From Takakia lepidozioides (taxonomy: Eukaryota; Plantae; Bryophyta), in contig CM060731.1 of NCBI GenBank assembly GCA_030704615.1, positions 64,790,001 through 64,854,000 on the forward strand: a stretch of 64,000 nt of DNA. The letters run 5' to 3'. The position numbers and the translations under genes were made by a program. A model generated the notes under the pieces. The model was not told where the DNA came from, ran no database searches, and worked only from the letters and a program-made list of their open reading frames with translations. Position 1 is the first letter of the stretch. Each line of letters starts with the position of its first letter. Shown piece by piece: positions 24,495 to 35,640 of the stretch.

Positions 24495-24870
24495 TAAATG
24501 TCAATTGAACCACATACTTCACTGAGGGGAGCTTCGCTGGAACGTTTGAAGATCCACTCAGCATTTGCCACACCTCGCGCATTGTAGGTCGCAGAGAGGC
24601 AGAAGAATCCTGTGTGCACAGTCTAGCCACTTTGGCCATGTCCAAGGCCTCCTTCTCAACCATCTCACCGACTAGCTTCGGATCCACAAGCTTGAGTACA
24701 TCTTCAGGCTCCTCACCCACTTGATTCGCCCAATTCAGCATCACAATTTGTTCCGATGGAAGTGAAAAGTCTAAAGCTTTCCGACCGCTCAGGAGTTCGA
24801 ACAGCACAACTCCGAAACTGAACACGTCAATCTTCTCGGATATCTGTAAACGACTCACATACTCTGGAAC
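24484..24870 (-). pseudogene. Receptor-like Ser/Thr kinase C-terminal fragment (subdomains VIII-XI)
   Basis: PEY...SEKIDVFSFGVVLFELLSGRK...LVDPKL...VARLCTQ...RPTMREVWQML. No N-lobe or HRD exons found nearby. Confidence 0.8.
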
Positions 24871-27428
24871 AAGCTCAACAAAGACGATCAATGACAAAAA
24901 TCTATAGTGGCTGTGAACTGATTTTAGTCTGACCTTTTAGAAATGAGTTCCACCACAGTTGTAGAATTCATCATACAGGTCTCTCGTGAATTTTGCGATT
25001 ATAAATTTTTGAGCTTGCACTACCTGTGCCCGAGCTATGTTAGCCTTGGCAACCGACGGCGTATAGCCGTCATGCAATCAACAAATTGAGTCCAATCTGA
25101 AGGCTGCTCAATGGGTCACTACTGCAAAGGGGGAAGGGGGGGGGGGGGTTATGACGGCGTTGCGTCATCATAGCAATCGCACGGTGTCGCAGATGGTCAT
25201 TTGGGGGGCCTAGCCCGGCCAGAAATGCGACGCACGGATGTTGTATTTCCGACTCTGGGGCGTCATTCTCAAGATGGATGATGTCATCATCCACAGAAAG
25301 TAACCTTACAGAAATGTTCCTACCTACCACATCCATCTTCCCCTGATTTTTCAAAGACTTTCACCATTGCAATTAGCAGATTACAAGAAAATTGAAATGT
25401 GGTGTTTCCACATGGCCACCAATTCGACCCAAAAAACAAAGCTTTGACTAAGCTGGAAGTGCAGGTTCTTGATTTTTCTTGTGTGAATGCCCTACATATT
25501 CAGATTTCTGGGCACTCACATGATGTAGGAATGAAATTGCAGCCCCATACCCTCAAATTTTATTGGGGGTCCTTTGTATGTGGAATTGGGGGGGTCAAAT
25601 TGCATTCCCAGTATAATAGTTTACAATCTGGCCCATGGGGGGCCACGTTGAAGGATTGCAGTGGTTTTTTGGCTCTGTCTCGCAAGGGATAGAGGCATTG
25701 TGGAGACATCTTGCCTAGGGAGAGAACTAGGCTTAGCCATTAAGCCTAATCTATGGAGGGTTGATGGGCATGGTTCATGAAGCCCTGGAAAAATTGTAAA
25801 ACGACAACCCCAAAATCACGGAAGGAAAGAGCAAGGACAGAGCCTTTTGTGGTGGAGCCACTTGTTATGTTCGAGGTATACTTTTTGAAATTTGGTCGTC
25901 TAATTTCTTGTGGTTAAATCTATCTGGTTTATATAATCAAGTTTAGATTTTATTTTTATTTTTTTGATAACAGGGGACAAAGGCCCTGATAGAATTTTTT
26001 GTATGTGCCTTCAGACCGTCCATTGGGCCCTCGATGGCCTGTGTGTTGAGCAGTAGGCTCTGTAAATTCACTGGACGTTAAAGAAACTTCATCTTTATCT
26101 TTATGTTGCTGCCTAAACTTGGGTTAGGTATATCCCATTTACCAAGACTTTACCCTCACATAATGTTTTGATAAAACCGGGTTACATCCCGACCCATTTA
26201 CAACTGTGCATTACCCAGACCCTATCCTTATTTTCTATCTGAAAAATAATAATATTACCCTGACCCAGCCGATAATTATTTTCTCAAAATTCAGCTTACC
26301 CTGACTCTGATAAAGATTAAATACCTGCTCAACATTGGTATCATTACAGATATTTATTTATTCAATGAAAACGAGGTGTTTATTCATAATATTTTAATGA
26401 TATATTTGATTCAATTGAACCTTCACCTACTTTTATCCCCTCCGGGTAAAACTGTGTCAACGCCATTTTATTAATCCATCCCTTCCGTTGCATTGGAGTA
26501 CATACCAAAACTAGTAACTGGGCATTAACGTGTACTGGAATTGCAGTGTCGGTAAGCAGACAAGCAGAGCGACAAGCATGCCCGCGGATCCAGGCCTGGA
26601 TCGAGGCACAGCCAAAGATATTCAGAGATTTGAGGGAACGATGCCAAGAATCCCCGCGGATCCAACCCCCCAAACGTACTCAAGAACTGAGGGCGAACTT
26701 GCCTCGACGATGACAACAATGATGAACTAGGAGAAATGGTGGAGGCTGCCGAGCTGTATATAACAGTGGGCCAACTGATGGTTGCTGCATTTTACGTCTC
26801 CGTTCTAAATCCATTTCCTACACTACAAGGGTCGCTGTACGTCTTCTCCAAGAAACCATGGCTGGTCGCGTTGGTAGTCACAATGGAGCAGCGAGGTATG
26901 AAGTCCTCAGCTCACCAGCTACGTATGGTTCCAGGAAATAGCTTAAGGACGTGGTTCTTTTAGCTAGCTTGGATGAAGACGATACTAGTGGTAGCTGATC
27001 CACTAATGTGCGGCAAGTAAGAGTCGGGGTAGTAGTTTTGAACCAGATCATGTCTTAGCACTAACTGTATCTGCCACTTAATTGGGTGTATTGATCATAA
27101 GTCTGCTTCTGTGAAGTAAATGAAGACATATATAAAAAGGATCAAAAGTTAGCTTCAGTATTATATATTGATTCAATTCTCTCTGTTCGAGTTGTTGTCG
27201 CCTTCAGGTAATGCTCTCAAGAAGTAGCTCGTGTGGACTCTTAATTTGGATTAGTACAGTAGTAGAGTGATCAATAGCTAGTATCCGTGTTTAGTTGAAT
27301 CTGATTTCACTCTGTGCAATTTAGCCCCGGCCGACAACAAAAGAGTATAGGTGCAGCTGGTTTTGTAAGTTTGAGGAGGAGCTCGGTGGATGCCACACAA
27401 ATGCATCCAGTCCCATGACGTGTGCTAG

Positions 27429-27782
27429 ATGACCATGCATGTGTGCAGCAGCAGGTCGCTGTATGTGGCCTTCATCGCCTTTGTCATTGTCGCCTTGGTG
27501 TCGGCCACCCCGGCACTGTCATGTGATTGCAATTCGGGCAAGGTGTACAGAACTGGTGGTGTCGGCCTCCAGTGTCGCGAAGGGCCCAGTACCTCCAGTA
27601 ACCGAGTCGTGACTCTTAGTGAGGACGGAACTTCCTACCCAATATTCTGCCAAGCTCATAACGGCGACAACATCAATGGCGATAAGATCTGGGACCTCCT
27701 TGAACTTGGTTGCTACGTCTCCGACTACTACTTGAACACCGGATGCAACGATATTTGTTCGAATCTCATCAGTTGCTTCTGA
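27429..27782 (+). CDS. Small secreted Cys-rich protein with an SH3b-like (actinobacterial/fungal-type) domain
   Basis: Hydrophobic signal peptide, then LQCREGPSTS...IFCQ..GDNINGDKIWD....CYVSDYYLNTG. TATA-like box at ~27129 and a probable 5'-UTR intron 27209-27428. Confidence 0.7.
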   Translation: MTMHVCSSRSLYVAFIAFVIVALVSATPALSCDCNSGKVYRTGGVGLQCREGPSTSSNRVVTLSEDGTSYPIFCQAHNGDNINGDKIWDLLELGCYVSDYYLNTGCNDICSNLISCF

Positions 27783-28671
27783 TCCCTCAGCTACTAGCTG
27801 CATCCTACTGCTACCATCATACAACATTCGTTTATGTGATGTATCTACTTTGCAGACGTGTTCGAAGTTTGCTGACTAAGGTCCTCGCAGCCATTGCTTT
27901 GTGGTGCAGAGAACACGCTGTAATAGATGAACTGGCTGCATGCATTAAGACGTTGGGTGGGTAGAGAATCCTGCGTCTTATGCTCAAAGTAATATGTCAT
28001 AGTCTGGTGTGCTGCGGTTACATTAGTGGTTGTGAGTTCTTGTACGCATCACAAGAGTTGATTTGGCTACGTAGCTATACACAATGAGCGCACATGAGTG
28101 TTGTGCTTCAGCTCTTCAATATTGAGAAGAAATGGTTTGAAAAGAACAGAACTGCGCGTTCTGTTCGCCCGTCTATCCCACAAGTCTACATAGAAGTACC
28201 TGTACATACAGATATAGTGTGTAAGACCTTCTTTTCGAGGGTGTTAAAGTAGATGGCAATCTGGACTCAACTGTGGTGGAATTGAGATTTGGAATATATC
28301 AATGTGTGTTGAAATATAATCTCATGGTATTGGAGCTGGTTCTGTTCCAAACTTTGTGTGTGCATGTATGCAATGTGTAGTGCCATTGCGGATTCGCGAA
28401 CATGGTCTTCACAAAGTCTAGACCTTATGTTGACGTGAGAGAGACCAGAGCTGCACCACTCGCAATGCTTAGGAAATAATAATAATAATAATAATAATTG
28501 TTTTTTTAATTAAATTGAATTTTAATGATTTTTTAAAAGAAATATTTGGATTTATAAAACAAAAATTCACTCCTTTCGGATTCGAAGTATTTTTCATCTT
28601 GCTTTGAGTGACATTATGTCCATTTTTTGTTTGTGATAAAACTTACAGAAAATGGAAACTTTGGTCGCTTT

Positions 28672-28708
<37 letters not shown>

Positions 28709-29918
28709 CTGGCAAATGTTTTTAATTTTAATTTTTTGCAGAGCAGGGGAGGGTGGCCCTGGAAATTTTATTAATAGGTAAGGACAAAATAACCTTACAA
28801 TTGCCAGGAAGGCCATTCTCTGTGTCATCTAAGTGCTCGGACGTTGGACTCATTTGGAACTGTGTTGGGCTGATATTAGGTTTTGTTAATATCCACCGGT
28901 GCCGGGTATAAGAGAAGATTTTGGTTTCAAATATACGCCTGTTCAAGGTATAACCAACATTACAAGCAGCAGACATCCAAATTTAATATCTGGTCTCCGG
29001 GTTGTCTCCCTTGTGTTGTGCGCCTTCACGGGTTATTTTTTCCTCTTGTATCTGTTATCTCCCTTAATAAACCACGGTCTAAATGTTTAATCAGTCTGGA
29101 AACTTAAATTAGAGGAACTCCCTGGCAGTGTTTTTAATCTGGCAAAAAATCGCCAAATTTCGATCTAGAAAATGGGTCAGCTACTTTTACTAAGGAATTA
29201 TGGGAGTAAAAATCAAGGAAATTGCCAGAAAGCAACAATGGTTAAATATCAGGAGCCATAAAAATTCACAACCAAAAGTGGCATTTGAGGTGACAACCAG
29301 TGTTGGTCTGGTATCTTGAATTGGAAATACCATAAAGAGTCCTGGTATGCAGTGCTGAATTTTTTTAAGGCAGGTAGGTTTTTCAATAATGCAGCCCCTG
29401 ATTTTTTCAAGTATGAATCTGGTATGCATAGAGTGGTTTTAACAAAAAATCAATCTGGATATGAGCAATGGTATCTGAATGTCAATAACCTAGAAATATG
29501 AATTCGGATATGGTATTAAAAAATAATAAAATAAAAATGGTACTAGTATTCACTGTTCAAATGGCCATTTCAATATTGAAATGACCATTTGAATGTTCAA
29601 GAAAACCACAAGGGAAACTTGCTCATCTCATAGGATACCAACCCCCATACAATTATACACTGAATCAGAATTGCATCCATAGTGTCTCGCAAATGAAGAT
29701 CATAAAGATGCGCTCATAAACACATCAAACCATGCATCCATAATGTCTATATGTGCATATTAACATGTGGTATAAAAACTAGAATCAATCCAGGGAAAAA
29801 GATCAATAAGTTTCAAGGTTCGTTCACATGGAAAGCACTATATGACTGCAAAAAATGATGCTTTACCACGCTATGTCTTCTCATTCCCTCTGCAGAAAGG
29901 TTTCTACCACTGATTTCC

Positions 29919-30206
29919 TCAATCTAAAGCAACTAATACTCTCCCAGTTTCATAGATATCCCCCCCATCTTCTACCAACTCTATTCCATCGGCTGAGATT
30001 AAATAACATTGTTCATCTAATTCTCTCCTCCGGTAATCTGCCCGATATAGAGTCAATAGTTCTTTACACCATCATTTACTCACAAGTTGTAGATTAATTA
30101 TCTCCATGTCACTACAACGTAGTCTCTTAAAGATATCTATCGATAAACTATCAGGTAATCCAGTAATTAACTCTAGAGGATCTTCTACCCCCTCTTCTCC
30201 ACACAT
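29919..30206 (-). pseudogene. F-box-only mini-ORF 3 (internal TGA at 30072-30074)
   Basis: MCGEEGVEDPLELITGLPDSLSIDIFKRLRCSDMEIINLQLVSK*WCKELL...; not in the ORF track because of the stop. Confidence 0.7.
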
Positions 30207-30222
30207 TACTATCGATTGTTCT

Positions 30223-30441
30223 TCACCACCAATCTTGCTTATTCAGTTCCTCCAGGGATTTTCCTTCATCTATGTATAGAGTCGATAACTCTTTGTACCA
30301 TCCTCTATTCACTAGCTGTAATGATAGTATCTCTTTATCACTACAACAAAGCTTCTGAAAGATTCTTATCGATAGATGGTCTGGTAATCCAGTAATCAAC
30401 TCCGATAATCCATTTATCCCTTCCTCATTTGTCTCTGCCAT
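30223..30441 (-). CDS. F-box-only mini-ORF 2 (72 aa)
   Basis: ELITGLPDHLSIRIFQKL...LQLVNRGW matches the plant F-box pattern LIPGLPDD...L..V.K.W. Confidence 0.65.
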   Translation of the reverse strand: MAETNEEGINGLSELITGLPDHLSIRIFQKLCCSDKEILSLQLVNRGWYKELSTLYIDEGKSLEELNKQDWW

Positions 30442-30476
30442 GCAATTGATTTTACTTCACTATTATTCTCTCCCAA

Positions 30477-30779
30477 TTAATTCAATTGAAGACTTTCTAT
30501 CCTAAGGTCTTTAATCTGTTCTTTCATATATTCCGGATATCCATCTAAATGACAACACCACATATTGATCCACTTACGCCCTAATTGACGATGTTTATAT
30601 AGAACTAATAATTCATTTTTCCAGGCTTTACTTACACTCTCTATTCTTACTAATTCTGCATCATTACAAGATAGACTCTTAAATATCCTAATCGATACAT
30701 CTCTTGGCAACCCAAGAATTAATTCTCGCACGTAATCTTCATCACTTCCAATGGTGCACATTCTCACTATCTCACACAA
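30477..30779 (-). CDS. F-box-only mini-ORF 1 (100 aa)
   Basis: ELILGLPRDVSIRIFKSL...IESVSKAW. Confidence 0.65.
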   Translation of the reverse strand: MCEIVRMCTIGSDEDYVRELILGLPRDVSIRIFKSLSCNDAELVRIESVSKAWKNELLVLYKHRQLGRKWINMWCCHLDGYPEYMKEQIKDLRIESLQLN

Positions 30780-32316
30780 TCATAGTTCTTCAATCATTGC
30801 ATTCAGAATTGGACTCACATTCCATCGTTCCATTCTTCATACAGAATAAATTGAATCGAACTTCTTTTTTCTCCTTCTTCTCTTCTATTCATTCACAAAC
30901 ATTATACCACAATAACACAATACCAATCTACCATTGAGAAATAACTCTATCTTCTAGCTCCTACTCACTCGACTCTGCTCTCTCTAGTCACGACTCTTTG
31001 GCTCATCTGACACCATCTGATTCACGTGAACGAAATAAATAGCAGAGTCGTTCCAACAACTTCTATAGCTGCTCAACCTCTTCTATCCATCCAAAATAGT
31101 CATCCATCTATGTCCTTCATTATCAATTAAAGTCGGACTATCGATCATCATAAAAAATCGAGCATTGTTTCTATATCGAATCCATATCGATAGTATCACA
31201 GAGTATATCGAGTAGGAAATGCACTAAATAGTCCTAAAATTAAATCCTAACCAAAAATTTCTATTATTCTACATAGCCCCACTCCTAGTTGTGCAGCGCC
31301 CCCGCAAACACTATCGCTATTGCTAAGTTCTAGGCCTCTCAGAAGGATTCCTCGTATCGGGCTCTTGTGACCGGCGATGATGACCTCGATCAGACCCCTC
31401 CTTCTGTCCATTGGTGAAAACAACATAAGGGTGATATCGCGAAGACCCCCAATCGTTATAAATGTTGGGATGGGTGTCCTGAAAGAACCCGGTCAGACAC
31501 ATCAGTTCGAAAATCCGGATCCACCTAGCTGGATGATGCATCAATTTGGCGACAATACCAAATTTGTGTCCGCCAACCATAAGTCTATTGACATCGACCA
31601 CCAGATGATGCTTGTAACACCACATCGCCAAGACTCCACAGAAAATCTAAGCCATAAAACACAAAGGATCATTATGAGCTCCATGAACCGTTTGGAAAGA
31701 TTTGTAAGCAGCCTGGCAAGACTCATAAGTACTAAACTCTCTTGGTATTACCGGCTAGTTATAGGGCAAAGACGTTAGATGCTCATTCTCACCCCATTGA
31801 CCACGACGAGGACAACAACATACTCCAAAACTCCCTATTATGTTGCGTGGCCATTGCATGTTGATAGGCGTTGGCCGATAACCCAACTTGGCAATCCGGT
31901 CACCCTTGGCTATGTGGCAATAATTCTTTCCCATCCACAACAATACTTCCTAGTCCGGTATCGTTCGATCCTCCGAGGTACGATAAACCTTCTCTGGATT
32001 TCCAACAAAACCTGCATAGTCCCAGTTTGGAGTGGATTGTGAAAAATAAATAAATAAATAACAAATGGGCCCTACTCGTCAAGTCGGAGTAGGTCCCAGT
32101 ACACGGAATATTTAAAATGGAGTCGATAACTCTCTGTACCATCCTCTATTCACTAGCTGTAATGATAGTATCTCTTTATCACTACAACAAAGCTTCTGAA
32201 AGATTCTTATCGATAGATGGTCTGGTAATCCAGTAATCAACTCCGATAATCCATTTATCCCTCCTCATTTGTCTCTGCCATGCAATTGATTTTACTTCAC
32301 TATTATTCTCTCCCAA

Positions 32317-32619
32317 TTAATTCAATTGAAGACTTTCTATCGTAAGGTCTTTAATTTGTTCCTTCATATATTCCGGATATCCATCTAAATGACAACACCA
32401 CATATTGATCCACTTACGCCCTAATTGACGATGTTTATATAGAACTAATAATTCATTTTTCCAGGCTTTACTTACACTCTCTATTCTTACTAATTCTGCA
32501 TCATTACAAGATAGACTCTTAAATATCCTAATCGATACATCTCTTGGCAACCCAGGAATTAATTCTCGCACATAATCTTCATCACTTCCAATGGTGCACA
32601 TTCTCACTATTTCACACAA
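32317..32619 (-). CDS. Duplicate of F-box-only mini-ORF 1; the following ORF2 copy is frameshifted and truncated
   Basis: ELIPGLPRDVSIRIF; two aa differences from 30477-30779. Confidence 0.6.
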   Translation of the reverse strand: MCEIVRMCTIGSDEDYVRELIPGLPRDVSIRIFKSLSCNDAELVRIESVSKAWKNELLVLYKHRQLGRKWINMWCCHLDGYPEYMKEQIKDLTIESLQLN

Positions 32620-33189
32620 TCATAGTTCTTCAATCATTGCATTCAGAATTGGACTCACATTCCATCGTTCCATTCTTCATACAGAATAAATTGAATCGAA
32701 CTTCTTTTTTCTCCTTCTTCTCTTCTATTCATTCACAAACATTATACCACAATAACACAATACCAATCTACCATTGAGAAATAACTCTATCTTCTAGCTC
32801 CTACTCACTCGACTCTGCTCTCTCTGGTCACGACTCTCCGGCTCATCTGACACCATCTGATTCACGTGAACGAAATAAATAGCAGAGTCGTTCCAACAAC
32901 TTCTATAACTGCTCAACCTCTTCTATCCATCCAAAATAGTCATCCATCTATTTCCTTCATTATCAATTAAAGTCGGACTATCGATCATCATAAAAAATCG
33001 AGCATTGTTTCTATATCGAATCCATATCGATAGTATCACAGAGTATATCGAGTAGGAAATGCACTAAATAGTCCTAAAATTAAATCCTAGCCAAAAATTT
33101 CTATTATTCTACATAGCCCCACTCCTAGTTGTGCAGCGCCCCCGCAAACACTATCGCTATTGCTAAGTTCTAGGCCTCTCAGAAGGATT

Positions 33190-35640
33190 CCTCGTATCGG
33201 GCTCTTGTGACTGGCGATGGTTACCTCAATCAGGCCCCTCCTTCTGTCCATTGGTGAAAACAACATAAGGGTGATATCGTGAAGACCCCCAATCATTATA
33301 AATGTTGGGATGAGTGTCCTGAAAGAACCCGGTCAGGCACATCAATTCGAAAATCCGGATCCACCTAGCTGGATGATGCATCAATTTGGCGACAATACCA
33401 AATTTGTGTCCGCCAACCATAAGTCTATTGACATCGACCACCAGATGATGCTTGTAACACCACATCGCCAAGACTCCACAGAAAATCTAAGCCACAAAAT
33501 ACAAAGGATCATTATGAGCTCCATGAACCGTTTGGAAAGATTTGTAAGCAGCTTGGCAAGACTCATAAGTACTAAACTCTCTTGGTATTACCGGCTAGTT
33601 ATAGGGCAAAGACGTTAGATGCTCATTCTTACCCCATTGACCACGACGAGGACAACAACATACTCCAAAACTCCCTATTATGTTGCGTGGCCATTTGATG
33701 TTGATAGGCGCTGGCCGATAACCCAACTTGGCAATCCAGTCATCCTTGGCCGTGTGGCAATAATCCTTTCCCGTCCACAACAATACTTCCTAGTCCGGTA
33801 TCGTTCGATCCTCCGAGGTACAATAAACCTTCTCTGGATTTCCAACAAAATCTGCATAGTCCCAGTTTGCAGGGAAATGACATCGCTCAAACATCGCAAG
33901 CCCCACTTGAGAAACTTCAAGGGCAATAGGTCTATTGATTGTCAAATCTGCTAACCAATTCCCGGTCAATACTTCCTTCCATGATCGCGCCTTCAACCAT
34001 TGCCCTATCCTTTGGCGTATCGATGCTTGCGCCAAAACATAGGCAGATCCATGCAGACATTCGCCCTCCAAGGCCCAATACCTCCGATGGCCCTTCTCCA
34101 ACATATGTCCAAACTGATCCTCATTGAGCACCTGTGCTACAAGCTATTGTACCATCTCCAAGTAACCAGACAACAACCTCTCTTCTGGCATGGGTAGAGG
34201 AGTAAGAAACTCACAAGCACGTTCACGAATCCATCGACGATTTCGGAGATGATACCCTCGGAAGGTTTCCAATCAATTCTCCAATTGCTTGTAATATAGA
34301 AAACATTGACTGGCAGGGTCTCCGACTGTAAGTAAAAACCTCTCCGGACTGGTCACCTTCAAATCTCCTCTGATGACCATCTCTACTACCAAATTCTCTG
34401 TATGAAGTGAGCACAAAGGGGCCCACTCTGCTTCCAAATCAATGGGCTCCTCTGCACCGTTGAAAGCTACTTTCAAAAGTTCACTGTCATATAGATAACC
34501 CTGACTGAGGCTCTGGGCATAACAAACATCTTGCCACTCACACAAAATGTGATCTTCAACCAACTCTGCAGGTTTGACACTGAATTCACGAAATTCTTGC
34601 AACTTTGTCATCTATGCCTTCATTGTTTCCTCCATGACATTCATCTCCCCTGTCTGTGTGTTACGATAGGTATCGAACTCCTCTTGCAATGCTACATATC
34701 GTGCTTCAAGATACTCTGTTATCGCAAGACATTTCTCCAATTCAGTGACCTGTTTAGCCACCTCAGCTAGTTGCTTTTCTGTTGATTGCGCGATAGGGTA
34801 GCAGTGTGTGTGACTTTTAATTCTGTCAACTCTTTTTGCACATCGTCATTGTCAATGACTTCTGCGGCCACTTCCTGAAGACCAAGAACCAAATCGCAAA
34901 GTCTCGCTACAAAAGAAGTTTGGCTTGAACCCATATCCTTGCCAGTGGTTGTAACAATTGCTTTACTGGTATTAACTACCGATGTTTCTTTCTCCTTCGC
35001 CTTATTGGATTCCGGTCTGTCAATCACCCGGGTATCATCCTCATCAGCGGGAGGGGGAACCTTCAATCGATGTTGCAAAAGCATGGACAAATAGGTCGCA
35101 CAGTAGAGAATGTCAATTTTCCCACCCCTCCTCTTCAACACCACCTCCTCATGAATCTTGCCGCAAACAAACTCTGCCCAGTTGATTTGTAACCCAAGAA
35201 ATGTCGCCACTACAGATTATGTACGTAGCCACCCTTTTCAATGCCAATCGACTTGCAGTGAACTTCATCCATTCCATCAGCTCTGGTCTGATTGCTTTGG
35301 CAATTGCCCAACCTCCCGACTGATTGAAAGCATTCACCTTAAAATTGCTTTCAGGATCAAAAGACTCATCCTTAAAACCATCGATTTCATGTTCCGCTGA
35401 TGGCAATAGCAAGACCTCTGTAACAGTGCGTGCATCAATCACTATCTCAATCCCATTGACTACCCCACTCTTAGTGCTAGAATCATAAGAATTGTAGAAT
35501 TGCATGACTGTGGTCATACTGGCTTTAATCGGCAAACCTTTCACAGTTAAAAGCAAGAACTCCAACATCCCTGCTTGTCGCCACAAGGCCTTCTGTTCCC
35601 GATCACCAAGAATCACAAGAAGGTCACAAATCCTCAACTC
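33190..35640 (-). pseudogene. Long decayed TE accessory ORF (N-terminal 'plant transposon protein'-like region, coiled coil, unknown C-terminal domain)
   Basis: Contiguous minus-strand ORF pieces: VMQFYNSY..VNGIEIVID..VTEVLLLP, INWAEFVCGKI..YLSMLL, then a heptad-rich region. Pieces 33790-34131, 33595-33783 and 33226-33471 are in one frame separated by stops. Confidence 0.5.

Larger units (their letters stand above)
30279..33869. repeat. ~1.75-kb direct duplication (30279-32029 and 32120-33869) with a 90-bp spacer
   Basis: ORFs recur at a 1840-nt offset (30477/32317, 31541/33381) with high identity. Confidence 0.95.

Noticed and set aside
25070-26970. Short ORFs between the kinase fragment and the secreted protein
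   Set aside because: No recognisable motif or consistent exon structure.
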